NCBI GenBank assembly: GCA_035317625.1
Contig: DATHGL010000419.1
Span: 1 to 26,112 of the forward strand
Source of the DNA: Gemmatimonadales bacterium
GTDB taxonomy: Bacteria > Gemmatimonadota > Gemmatimonadetes > Gemmatimonadales > GWC2-71-9
Direction: 5' to 3'
DNA: 26,112 nt
Below, piece by piece: positions 1 through 8,762 of the stretch; the first letter of the stretch is position 1, and each line of letters opens with the position of its first letter. A model generated the notes under the pieces. That model searched no databases, was not told where the DNA came from, and saw only the letters and a list, made by a program, of their open reading frames with translations. The position numbers and the translations under genes were made by a program.

Positions 1-1
1 C

Positions 2-1609
2 CTCGCTCACCAGCTCGCCGACGAAGACCGCGCCAAGCAGCGCCAGTACCTCCTCGCCAACACACGCGCCCGCTGGGGATTCGTCGGGTTCGGCATCGCC
101 CTCCTCGCGATCGTGCGTGTCACCCGGCTGGTGCCGGTCTCCTGGCTCTTCATTGTGTCCTTCGCCGTCGCGTTCACCGGGGTCAACTATGCGATGCGCC
201 GCCTGGCGCGCGCGCGCGAGCTCGCGACCTGGTACGCGCACGCCAACATCGCCGTGGGCTCGGGCCTGATCTCGGCGATCCTCTACGCCGTGGGGCCGAC
301 GGGACACCTGTTGTACGCCGCGTACCTGATTGCGCCGCTCCAGGCGGCGCTGTCCCTCGGTCGGACGGAGGCGTGGCAGGCGCTGCTGCTCAACCTCACG
401 GGCTTCGGGCTCGCCACCGCGATCCGGGTCACCCAGGGCACGCCCGGCTGGGCCTGGAGCGCGTTCGCGCAGGAGGCGCTCGTGCTCGTGTTCGCGAGCG
501 TGGCGCTGGTCCCGATGCTCACGCGGTTCGTCGCCCGGCTGCAGGCCACGCGGGCGATCCTGGCGCAGGTGGAGCGCGGCGATCTTGCCGTGAAGGTCGC
601 GGACGCCGAGCTCGACGAGCTGGGCTACCTCGGTGTGAGCGTGAACCGCACGACCGACGCGATCGCGGGGATCGTCGGGCAGGTCCAGCAGCAGTCCCAG
701 GAGCTCGCGGCCATGGCGCAGCAGGTGGCCGCGTCGGCCGAGCAGCTGCAGGCCGCGTCCCAGGAAATCTCCGCCACGGCACAGCAGCTGTCCGATGGCA
801 CGGCACGGCAGCGGACCCTGATCGGCCACGGGCGCGACGACTCGGAAGCCGCCGCGGGCATCGCGGCGCAGCTGCACGCGCGGGCGCAGGAAGCCGAGCG
901 CCGCATCGCCGGCGTGGCGCAACAGGCGCAGCGCCACGGCGCGGAGATTGCCCGGGCGAGCGAGCTGCTGGTGACGCTGGTCGACCACCTGGACCAGGTG
1001 GCGCGGGCTGCCGGCACGCTGGAGCAGGGCTCGCGCGAGATCGGCAAGCTCGTGGACGCGATCACGCGGATCGCCAGCCAGACCGACCTCCTCGCCTTGA
1101 ACGCCGCGATCGAAGCGGCGCGGGCGGGGCCGCACGGCCTGGGGTTTCGCGTCGTAGCCGACGAGGTACGCAAGCTGGCCGAGCAAAGTGCGCGCTCCGC
1201 GGAGGAAGTGCGGGCCCGGGTGCGGCAGACGCAGGATCAGATCGGCCAGTTGATCGCGGCGATGGCCGAGGGTCGGCGCACGGCCGAGGGCGTCGGCGCC
1301 GTCTCCACGGCGGTGCGCGAGGCGCTGGACGCCATCTTCGGCGACTTGAACGCGACCGTGCGGTTCGCCAGCGCCTTCGCGGGCGAGACCGAAGGACAGA
1401 CGCAGCGGATCAAAGAGGTGGTGCGGCGCATGGAAGAAGTCGCGGGGATCGCCGAGACGGCGGCCGAGGGCGCCGAGCAGGCGTCGGCCGCCACGGAGCA
1501 GCAGATCGCGTCGCTCAGCGAGCTCACCACGACATCACAGCAGCTCTCCGTCGCGGCGGCGCGGCTGAGCGACACGATTCAGCGGTTCAACGTGAACGGC
1601 AGGGCGTGA
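2..1609 (+). CDS. Methyl-accepting chemotaxis protein, 5' end outside window (polytopic membrane sensor, HAMP-like segment, MCP signalling domain)
   Basis: Frame is open from base 2 ([18 protein letters not shown]...), so the GTG at 113 is internal. Several hydrophobic helices, then ELDELGYLG (HAMP-like), then the hairpin motif [40 protein letters not shown]. Confidence 0.93.
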   Translation, partial: LAHQLADEDRAKQRQYLLANTRARWGFVGFGIALLAIVRVTRLVPVSWLFIVSFAVAFTGVNYAMRRLARARELATWYAHANIAVGSGLISAILYAVGPTGHLLYAAYLIAPLQAALSLGRTEAWQALLLNLTGFGLATAIRVTQGTPGWAWSAFAQEALVLVFASVALVPMLTRFVARLQATRAILAQVERGDLAVKVADAELDELGYLGVSVNRTTDAIAGIVGQVQQQSQELAAMAQQVAASAEQLQAASQEISATAQQLSDGTARQRTLIGHGRDDSEAAAGIAAQLHARAQEAERRIAGVAQQAQRHGAEIARASELLVTLVDHLDQVARAAGTLEQGSREIGKLVDAITRIASQTDLLALNAAIEAARAGPHGLGFRVVADEVRKLAEQSARSAEEVRARVRQTQDQIGQLIAAMAEGRRTAEGVGAVSTAVREALDAIFGDLNATVRFASAFAGETEGQTQRIKEVVRRMEEVAGIAETAAEGAEQASAATEQQIASLSELTTTSQQLSVAAARLSDTIQRFNVNGRA

Positions 1610-1624
1610 CGGGCACGCTCCCGG

Positions 1625-2149
1625 CTATTTCGTAATCACGCCACAGGCAATCCGGTCGCCGGCGTTGCCGGCCGGGTCCGTCTTCATGTCGTCACCCTTC
1701 GCGTGGATGACGAGCGCCGTGCCCCCGTTACTGAAGACCGAATGACTCCCCGTTCCCAGCGTGACGTTCCGATTGGTGACCGTCGCGCGCGCCGTGCCGT
1801 CGGCGCCGGCGGTGAAATTCTTCATGTCCCCCGCATGGGGCCCGCTCGAATTCCTGAGGCCGTGCTGCTTCCCGTCGGGGTTGAAATGCGGTCCCGCGGA
1901 TTTGAAGTCGGGCGCCGTGCACTGCGCCATTTGGTGAATGTGGATCGCGTGCTCACCGGGCGGGAGATTTTGCAGATCGAGCTTGATCCTGATGCCCTGC
2001 TTCGCTGCGGACAACGTCGCGCTGCCGACGCTCTCTCCCCCGGCGTTTTTCACTTCGACCGTGACGCCGGGCTCCTGTGGATACCCGGCGGTCCATACTG
2101 ACAGGGCAAGGACTGCCCCGATCAACGATGGCGAGACGGCTCGTGGCAT
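1625..2149 (-). CDS. sodC: Exported Cu/Zn superoxide dismutase (174 aa)
   Basis: C-terminal part of the 1625..3088 ORF. HIH, GPHFNP, KQHG, GPHAGD, LVIHA and GDRIACGVI give the full Cu/Zn ligand set, the catalytic Arg and the disulfide Cys. ATG at 2149 has GGAGG upstream and starts a signal peptide. Alternative ATG at 2167. Confidence 0.95.
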   Translation of the reverse strand: MPRAVSPSLIGAVLALSVWTAGYPQEPGVTVEVKNAGGESVGSATLSAAKQGIRIKLDLQNLPPGEHAIHIHQMAQCTAPDFKSAGPHFNPDGKQHGLRNSSGPHAGDMKNFTAGADGTARATVTNRNVTLGTGSHSVFSNGGTALVIHAKGDDMKTDPAGNAGDRIACGVITK

Positions 2150-2181
2150 GATTGTCCTCCCATTCATGGTGTCGCGTAAAC

Positions 2182-3174
2182 CTACCACCCGCGGAACAGC
2201 GGCGCGTCCCCGAAGTCCCACAACAGAAACGCGATCAGCCGGGGATGCCGCGGCTCCGGGCCCACCGCCGGCAGCTCGGCGCCGAGCGATCCCGCGACGT
2301 GGCCCAGCCGAGAGAGCTGCACCCAGACCTGCGGATAGAGCGACAGCGTACGCACGCCGTCCACCGGAACCGTCCAGCCGGCCTCGAGCATCGGCACGAC
2401 GCGCCCGATCTCCCGCCCCACGCCCAGTCGGTAGGAGAAACCGCTGACGCCCTCTGCCTCCTCCCAGGCGCTCACGATCTCCCCCTGGACGAGCAGCGCG
2501 CGTCCCGGATTGGCGCCGAAGGCGACGAACGGCTCGAGCTCCCAGCGCTCGGCGCGGCCGAGCGGCGGCGTCGCCTCGAGCCCGAGGCTCACGAGCGCCC
2601 GACGATCCAGGCTGTGCCACGCATTGTACTTCACCGCCCCGGTGACGCCGTCGAACGCGTTGGGTGCTCCGTCGAACGCCGTGCGCGCATTTGCCTCCAG
2701 CTGGAGGCGCTTGCCCAGACGCCGCTCGTAGATCACCTCCGGCGTGCGCCCCCGGTCGGTGACCACCCATTCGTTCTCTGGGTATGCCTTCTCCACGAGG
2801 AACGCCCGCGGGAAGTTCAGCTCGCCGGGCGGCCAGCCGAGCTCGCCGCACAGCGAGCGCGCGTAGCGCACGACGGCGCGAATCTGCGCGGGTGTCGCCG
2901 CGTCGCCGAACGCCGGCATGTCGAGCGACAGGCCGAACGCCGCGCCGCCCTGCGTCACGATCGCCACCCAGTGGTCTTCCGTCTCGGCGCTCGAGCCCGC
3001 GCAGTCCTTCAGGTCCGCCGGGGGAACCTCGAGCCGGGTCGTGGCCGCGGCGGTGCCCCTGCCATCCGCCCCATGGCAGGACTTGCACCAGGCCTGAAAC
3101 AGCGCGCCCCCCGAGTCCCGAGGGGGACCCTGTGCTGCGAGTGCGAGCGCCAGGGTCACCGCCGAGGGGATCAC
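2182..3174 (-). CDS. c-type cytochrome (one CxxCH) fused to a C-terminal beta-strand-rich, possibly outer-membrane barrel, domain
   Basis: Signal peptide, CKSCH, DMPAF (likely distal Met), then amphipathic beta-like segments ending in ...FRGW. GTG start overlaps the upstream TGA (GTGA at 3171-3174). Confidence 0.8.
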   Translation of the reverse strand: MIPSAVTLALALAAQGPPRDSGGALFQAWCKSCHGADGRGTAAATTRLEVPPADLKDCAGSSAETEDHWVAIVTQGGAAFGLSLDMPAFGDAATPAQIRAVVRYARSLCGELGWPPGELNFPRAFLVEKAYPENEWVVTDRGRTPEVIYERRLGKRLQLEANARTAFDGAPNAFDGVTGAVKYNAWHSLDRRALVSLGLEATPPLGRAERWELEPFVAFGANPGRALLVQGEIVSAWEEAEGVSGFSYRLGVGREIGRVVPMLEAGWTVPVDGVRTLSLYPQVWVQLSRLGHVAGSLGAELPAVGPEPRHPRLIAFLLWDFGDAPLFRGW

Positions 3175-4538
3175 GCGAGCTTCGTCACGCGCTGGAGCTC
3201 GGCCGCACAGCGATCGGCCTCACGCACGATCTCCTCGATCGGCGCGGTGAGCAGCTCGTGCCCCAACACCACCGGCCGCCCGTCGACAAACACGTCGCGT
3301 ACGTCGCTGGCGCGCGCCGCATATACCAGCAGGGACACCGGATCGCCGGTCCCCGGATGGAGGTGCGGCTCGCGCAGGTCGAGCACCGCGAGGTCGGCCC
3401 GCTTGCCGGGAGCGATCGAGCCGATCTCCCGCTCGAGTCCCAGGGCGCGGGCGCCTCCGAGCGTCGCAAGCTCGAGCACCTGGGCCGCTGGCAGCGCGTC
3501 CGCGCCGAGCCGCGGCTTCTGGATCAGGGCGGCGAGGCGCATCTCGGCGAACACGTCGAGCCGGTTGTTGCAGGGCGCGCCATCGGCGCCGATCGCGACC
3601 CGGCACCCCGCGGCCAGCAGCTCGGGAATCTTGGCCACGCCGCTCGCGAGCTTCAGGTTGGACGACGGGCAGTGCACCACGCTGGTCCCCTGCCGTGCGA
3701 GCCGCGCTATTTCATGCGCGTCCACCCACACACAGTGAGCGAGCGCGGCACGGGGCCCCGAGATCCCCAGCGAGTCGAGATAGGCGATTTCTCCGAGCCC
3801 CGTGGCGCGGAGCACCGTCTCTCGCTCGACGATCGTCTCGGCGGCATGGGTGTGCAGCTGGGCGTCGAACCGCTCCGCCAGCTCGCTCGCGGCGCGGAGC
3901 AGCGGTCCCGAACAGCTGGGCACGAACCGCGGGGCGAAGCACACCCGCAGCCGGCCCCCGGCGCTGCCATGCCAGTGTCGGGCCAATGCCTCGGCGTCCG
4001 CGAGCGCGGCGTCCGTCGACTCCGTGAGCTCGAGCGGTGCGCCCTCGGGATGCGCGTCCATCAGGCACTTCCCGGCCGCGGCGCGGATCCCGATGCGCTC
4101 GAGCGCCTGGAACGCCGCTCCGGTGTGGCGCACCGTCTCCATGTCGAGGATCGCCGTGGTGCCGCCAAGCAGCAGCTCCGCGGCGCCGAGCATGGCGGAC
4201 CAGTAGACGGTCTCTTCCGTGTGGGCCGCCTCGAGCGGCCAGATGCGGCGCACCAGCCAGTCCTCGAGCCGCAGGTCGTCGGCCAGCCCCCGGAACAGGG
4301 TCTGGCACAGGTGGACGTGGGCTTGGATGAGCCCGGGTATGACGAGGCAGCCGCGGCAGTCGCGCACCCGCAAGACGCGCCCCTTCCCCTTTCCCCCTTC
4401 CCCCTTCCCTGGCCCCTTCCCCACCGCCTCGATTCTCCCGTCCCGCACCGTCACATCCGCCCGCTCCACACGCCACCCGTCCTCGTGCAGCAGGACGTCG
4501 CCGCCGGCGAGGATCAGCTGGGGAGAATCGGGCGGCAC
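3171..4538 (-). CDS. Metal-dependent amidohydrolase, ATZ/TRZ type (5'-deoxyadenosine / MTA-SAH deaminase-like)
   Basis: [18 protein letters not shown] (HxH), [47 protein letters not shown]. Confidence 0.9.
   Translation of the reverse strand: MPPDSPQLILAGGDVLLHEDGWRVERADVTVRDGRIEAVGKGPGKGEGGKGKGRVLRVRDCRGCLVIPGLIQAHVHLCQTLFRGLADDLRLEDWLVRRIWPLEAAHTEETVYWSAMLGAAELLLGGTTAILDMETVRHTGAAFQALERIGIRAAAGKCLMDAHPEGAPLELTESTDAALADAEALARHWHGSAGGRLRVCFAPRFVPSCSGPLLRAASELAERFDAQLHTHAAETIVERETVLRATGLGEIAYLDSLGISGPRAALAHCVWVDAHEIARLARQGTSVVHCPSSNLKLASGVAKIPELLAAGCRVAIGADGAPCNNRLDVFAEMRLAALIQKPRLGADALPAAQVLELATLGGARALGLEREIGSIAPGKRADLAVLDLREPHLHPGTGDPVSLLVYAARASDVRDVFVDGRPVVLGHELLTAPIEEIVREADRCAAELQRVTKLA
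4380..4422 (-). repeat. Low-complexity purine tract with seven G-runs on the coding strand, encoding [14 protein letters not shown]
   Basis: + strand CCCCTTCCCCTTTCCCCCTTCCCCCTTCCCTGGCCCCTTCCCC inside the amidohydrolase gene. Confidence 0.85.
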
Positions 4539-4543
4539 GGCGT

Positions 4544-5065
4544 TCAGGTCGTGATGCGCGGCTGGACGCTGGTGGTATCATCCGGCAGATCGAAGTAGGC
4601 GCGCAGCTCGTCCATCAGCTCCTCGTCCGCGTACACCCCCGTCAGGATCCGCTCGGGACCGCCCGGGTCGATCAGGAGATAGCCGAAGGGATAATCGAGA
4701 CCCGACAGCAGGATGGTGCGGCGCGTGTTGTTCGGGAGCGCCACGTAGACCGTGTCGACGTTGGTCGCGAGCAGCCTGACCCCGTTCGCTTCGAGAGCGG
4801 AGGCGACCTGCTCGGTGTAGTATTTCAAGTCGTCGAACGTGTCGGCGCGCTCGTCGGCGCCCAGCGTGTCCGCCGCGCGCAGCCAGAACAGCACCACGCT
4901 CGGCTCCGTGATCACGCGCGGGATGAGCAGCGTGCTGTCCGTCGAGTCGCGCGGCACGAGCCGGGTGAAATCCAGCGAGTCACCCCGCGACGTCTCCCTG
5001 GCGAGCGGTCGCGTCTGACACGCAGCCACCCACATGAGCGCCGGCACCAGCATGGCGAACTTCAT
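4544..5065 (-). CDS. Hypothetical lipoprotein (173 aa)
   Basis: C-terminal part of the 4544..5977 ORF, from ATG 5065 (MKFAMLVPALMWVAAC). Signal peptide with lipobox VAAC and normal globular composition. Confidence 0.75.
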   Translation of the reverse strand: MKFAMLVPALMWVAACQTRPLARETSRGDSLDFTRLVPRDSTDSTLLIPRVITEPSVVLFWLRAADTLGADERADTFDDLKYYTEQVASALEANGVRLLATNVDTVYVALPNNTRRTILLSGLDYPFGYLLIDPGGPERILTGVYADEELMDELRAYFDLPDDTTSVQPRITT

Positions 5066-5086
5066 GACCCGTAATATATTCGCCCC
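5066..5086. promoter_or_regulatory. Putative bidirectional -10 core for two leaderless divergent genes
   Basis: TATATT (+, 5075-5080) lies 6 nt before ATG 5087. TATATT (-, 5078-5073) lies 7 nt before ATG 5065. No SD on either side. Confidence 0.65.
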
Positions 5087-5761
5087 ATGAACCAGAGCCC
5101 GGCGCCGGTACGCCGCCACCACTGGATCGTCCGCCTCACGCATTGGGCGACGGCCATCGTGCTCGCCGGGATGATCGCGAGCGGGCTCCAGATCTACGAA
5201 GCCTACGCCCGGTTCGGGAGCCGCGGCGGCCCATTCCTGCCGAGCCCGTTCGACGGCGCCCAGCTGCCGCGCTGGAGCCGGCTGGGCGGCTGGCTCGCGG
5301 GCGCGCTCAACTGGCACTTCGCCCTGATGTGGCCGCTGGTCGCGTTCGGTCTCCTGTACCTCGGCTATCTGGTCCAGAGCGGCGAGTGGCGGGTGCTGCT
5401 GTTCCGGCCCCGCGACGTGCGGGGCGCCGTCGACATGGCGAAGTACTACTTGCACCTCCGCCGGGACCACCCGCCCCAGGGGAAGCACAATCCGCTCCAG
5501 AAACTCGCCTACACCAGCGTCATCGGACTGGGCGCGCTCGCCGTGCTCACCGGCCTCGCGCTCTACAAGCCAACCCAGCTCGCCTGGCTCACCGCCCTGT
5601 TCGGCGGCTTCCAGGCGGCCCGCTACTGGCACTTCTGGATCGTGTGGATCTTCGTCGGGTTCACAATCACGCACGTCATTCTCGTGTTCGCCGTGGATCC
5701 CGCGTCGCTCCGCGCGATGCTCACGGGATGGTACCGGGGGCGGTTTCCGAGCCATGACTGA
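5087..5761 (+). CDS. Di-heme cytochrome b subunit (Ni_hydr_CYTB / cytochrome b561-like), MsrQ-like redox partner
   Basis: Four TM helices with His in LTHW, NWHF, YWHF and ITHV, plus KHNPLQKLAY. Overlaps the next gene by 8 nt. Confidence 0.88.
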   Translation: MNQSPAPVRRHHWIVRLTHWATAIVLAGMIASGLQIYEAYARFGSRGGPFLPSPFDGAQLPRWSRLGGWLAGALNWHFALMWPLVAFGLLYLGYLVQSGEWRVLLFRPRDVRGAVDMAKYYLHLRRDHPPQGKHNPLQKLAYTSVIGLGALAVLTGLALYKPTQLAWLTALFGGFQAARYWHFWIVWIFVGFTITHVILVFAVDPASLRAMLTGWYRGRFPSHD

Positions 5762-6479
5762 CGCCAAGTCGCAAGACCTCGACAGGCGGGGGTTCGTCAA
5801 GCTCGGCGTGGCCGGGGGTGCGGCGGCCTTGGTGGCGGCATGCGGTTGGGACGGCGGCCCCCTGCTTCGGCCCGCGCTGCTCGACGTGAGCCGGGTCAAC
5901 GATTGGGTGGGCGAGAAGATCGTGCTCTCGCGCACGCGCCTCGCGCCGACGTACGACGCGGCCGAGCGGAGCGCCACGCTGCCCAGCTACTTCATCTCCC
6001 ACAGGATGCCGATCCTCGCCGACCCCGCCGCTTGGCGGCTCCGCGTCGACGGCTCGGTGTCGCAGCCGCTCGACCTGTCGCTCCACGACCTGATGGGGAT
6101 GCCGCGCGTGTCGTACACCGTGAAGCATCATTGCGTAGAGGGCTGGTCGGCGATCGCGAGCTGGCACGGCGTACCGGTGTCGGCGGTGGTGGAACGTTGC
6201 CGGCCGCTCCCCGCCGCGCGCTACATCAGTTTCAGGTCGTTCGACGCAGACTACTGGAACGGCTGGGACATGGCGAGCGCGATGCACCCGCAGACGATTC
6301 TTGCATACGGGATGAACGACAACCCGCTCCCTGCGGCGCATGGGGCGCCGCTCAGGTTGTACTCGCCGACCAAGCTGGGCTACAAGATGACGAAGTACCT
6401 GGTGTCGATGACGTTCACGGATACGAGGCCGGGGGGGTACTGGGAGGATCAAGGGTATCCCTGGCTCGGCGGGATCTAG
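5754..6479 (+). CDS. Tat-exported molybdopterin oxidoreductase, sulfite oxidase family (MsrP/YedY-like)
   Basis: Twin-arginine DRRGFVK, HHCVEGWS (Mo-ligating Cys), HGAPLRL, KLGYKMTKY, GGYWEDQGY. Confidence 0.9.
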   Translation: MTDAKSQDLDRRGFVKLGVAGGAAALVAACGWDGGPLLRPALLDVSRVNDWVGEKIVLSRTRLAPTYDAAERSATLPSYFISHRMPILADPAAWRLRVDGSVSQPLDLSLHDLMGMPRVSYTVKHHCVEGWSAIASWHGVPVSAVVERCRPLPAARYISFRSFDADYWNGWDMASAMHPQTILAYGMNDNPLPAAHGAPLRLYSPTKLGYKMTKYLVSMTFTDTRPGGYWEDQGYPWLGGI

Positions 6480-6495
6480 GAAAAGGGCTGAGGGT

Positions 6496-8739
6496 TTGAA
6501 CGGTAACACCGCTCCCATTGCACTTGCGCTGGTCATTGTGCTCCCGTACCCACGGGCCCTTGCCAGCCAGATCCCCGCCTCCGATGCCGGCGCGCCGGCC
6601 ACTCCCCGGTCGGCGCCTCGTCCGACCGCAGTCGCGCACGCCGCCGTGGCGCCGCCCGTCATTGACGGCCGCCTCACAGATCCCGCGTGGGTGGAAGCCA
6701 CGCCCGTCACGCGGTTCGTGCAACGCGAGCTGCACGAAGGCGCGCCGGTCACCGAACGCACCGAAGTACGCATCATCACCGACGGCCAAGCGCTCTACGT
6801 CGGGGCGTGGCTGTACGACTCAGACCCTGCCGACATCGTCTCGGGCGCGCAGGTGCGCGATGGCGACATTTCGAAGAGCGACTACTTCGGGATTCTGCTC
6901 GATACCTACCACGACCGGCAGAACGGCTTCGTCTTCACGACCACACCCGCGGGCATCGAGTATGACGCGCAAGTCGTCAACGAAGGCGAAGGTGGTGGTG
7001 TACAGCTGCCCGGCCAGACGGCGGCGATGGCTGGAGCGCTCGGAGGCTTCAACCTCAACTGGGACGGCACCTGGACCGTCGCCACATCAGTCGACTCGCT
7101 CGGCTGGTACGCGGAGTTTCGCATTCCGTTCACGACGCTGCGTTATGGTCCGGCTGAGTCACAGACGTGGGGACTCAATCTCGTGCGCTCGATCCGTCGC
7201 AAGAGTGAAGAGGCGTTTTGGTCCTTCATTCCGCGCCAGTTCAGCCTGATGAAGGTTTCGCGCGCCGGAAAGCTGGAAGGCATTCGCGTGCCCTCGCGGC
7301 GGGTATGGACCGTGACGCCATACGCGCTCACGGGGATAGAGCGCAACTACACCGTCGATCCGGAGGCTCAGGGGCGCGGAGAGGTCGGTGGGGAGATCAA
7401 GTACGGCGTGACGCCCAGTCTCACCCTCGATCTCACGTACAACACCGATTTCGCGCAGGTGGAGGTCGACGAGCAGCGCACCAACCTCACGCGCTTTCCG
7501 CTCTTCTTTCCTGAGAAGCGGCCGTTCTTTCTCGAGAATGCCGGCATCTTCTCTGCGGGTACGCCCCAAGCGGTCGATCTGTTCTTCACCCGTCGCATTG
7601 GCATCGACAGCCTCGGCCAGCCGGTGCCCATCGTCGGTGGCGGACGACTCACTGGACGCGTCGCCGATTTCACCGTAGGGGCCCTGCAGATCTTCACCGA
7701 GCATCAAGGATACTCTGTGGCGCGCGTGAGCCACGCGCTCGCCACGCGATCGCGCATTGGCGTCATCGCTATTCAGCGCATGGCGACCAGCAACACTGGA
7801 AACTGGAACCGCGTGTACGGCATCGATGGCCGGATCGGAATTCGTGATCCTTGGACGATCGACTGGTGGGGCGCGGCGTCGGCGCTACCCGGTCCCGACG
7901 GTGACGCGACCGCATACAGCGCGCGGCTCGGGTACGAGACGCAGCACTGGAGCAACGTCGCGCGCTTCATCCAAGTCGGCAGCGACTTCGATCCGCAGGT
8001 CGGATTCCTCAATCGGCGCGGGGGCTACCGCTACTACGAGGCTGGCGTCATGTGGAAGAAGCGCTTCCCGAGTGCGCCGTGGATCAAGGAATGGATCCCG
8101 CACGTGAACTATCGCGGCTACTCCAACCTCGACGGCTTCTGGCAGGAAGGGCGAATCCACATCGACGTGACTGAATTCGACCTCGCCAATGGCGGACGGT
8201 TCGGTCCCGAGGTCAACGTCGAGCATCAGGGTCTCGAGCAACCGTTTCCGATCGCGAGTACGGTCACGCTGCCGGCGGGCTCGTACGACTACACGTCAGT
8301 CGGGTTCGACTTGGACACCGACCCCAGCGCGCCGCTCTCGCTGACGCTCCGCGCTGATGTCGGTGGGTTCTACAACGGCACGCGCCGCGGGGGCAGCGTG
8401 ACACTTGGCGCGCGGCATTCGAGCTCGTTGACGGCGTCCCTCACGGTCGAATACAACGACGTGCGTCTGGACCAAGGCGACTTCATCCGCTCGCTGGTGG
8501 CGACGCGCGTCGCATACTTCTTCACCCCGCGCGTCATGCTGCAAAGCCTCGTACAGTACAGCAATCAGGCGCGCGTGTGGACGGCCAATGCGCGGTTCGG
8601 CTGGCTCAGCACGGCCGGCACTGGTTTATTTGTGGTCTTCAACGAAGGGCGCGACGCCGACGGCTTCTTCCAATGGAATCGGCCTCAGGCCCGGTCTCTG
8701 ATCGTGAAATACACGCGCCAGTTTGGCCGGCGCGGCTGA
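6496..8739 (+). CDS. Secreted CBM9-like domain plus DUF5916-type beta-barrel protein
   Basis: Signal-like N-terminus, PVIDGRLTDPAW (CBM9-like), DLTYNTDFAQVEVD and FPLFFPEKRPFFLE (motifs I associate with DUF5916), long beta-rich C-terminus. TTG start is uncertain. Confidence 0.8.
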   Translation: MNGNTAPIALALVIVLPYPRALASQIPASDAGAPATPRSAPRPTAVAHAAVAPPVIDGRLTDPAWVEATPVTRFVQRELHEGAPVTERTEVRIITDGQALYVGAWLYDSDPADIVSGAQVRDGDISKSDYFGILLDTYHDRQNGFVFTTTPAGIEYDAQVVNEGEGGGVQLPGQTAAMAGALGGFNLNWDGTWTVATSVDSLGWYAEFRIPFTTLRYGPAESQTWGLNLVRSIRRKSEEAFWSFIPRQFSLMKVSRAGKLEGIRVPSRRVWTVTPYALTGIERNYTVDPEAQGRGEVGGEIKYGVTPSLTLDLTYNTDFAQVEVDEQRTNLTRFPLFFPEKRPFFLENAGIFSAGTPQAVDLFFTRRIGIDSLGQPVPIVGGGRLTGRVADFTVGALQIFTEHQGYSVARVSHALATRSRIGVIAIQRMATSNTGNWNRVYGIDGRIGIRDPWTIDWWGAASALPGPDGDATAYSARLGYETQHWSNVARFIQVGSDFDPQVGFLNRRGGYRYYEAGVMWKKRFPSAPWIKEWIPHVNYRGYSNLDGFWQEGRIHIDVTEFDLANGGRFGPEVNVEHQGLEQPFPIASTVTLPAGSYDYTSVGFDLDTDPSAPLSLTLRADVGGFYNGTRRGGSVTLGARHSSSLTASLTVEYNDVRLDQGDFIRSLVATRVAYFFTPRVMLQSLVQYSNQARVWTANARFGWLSTAGTGLFVVFNEGRDADGFFQWNRPQARSLIVKYTRQFGRRG

Positions 8740-8762
8740 TGAAGACACGCCAGTATTGCCGT

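Noticed and set aside
1625-3088. 487-aa ORF suggesting a long N-terminal fusion to SodC
   Set aside because: The first roughly 310 aa are Arg/Gly/Ala-rich off-frame reading of the cytochrome gene. SodC has its own SD, ATG and signal peptide at 2149.
4544-5977. 477-aa minus-strand ORF
   Set aside because: The N-terminal part is the antisense shadow of the cytochrome b and Mo genes. Only 4544..5065 looks real.
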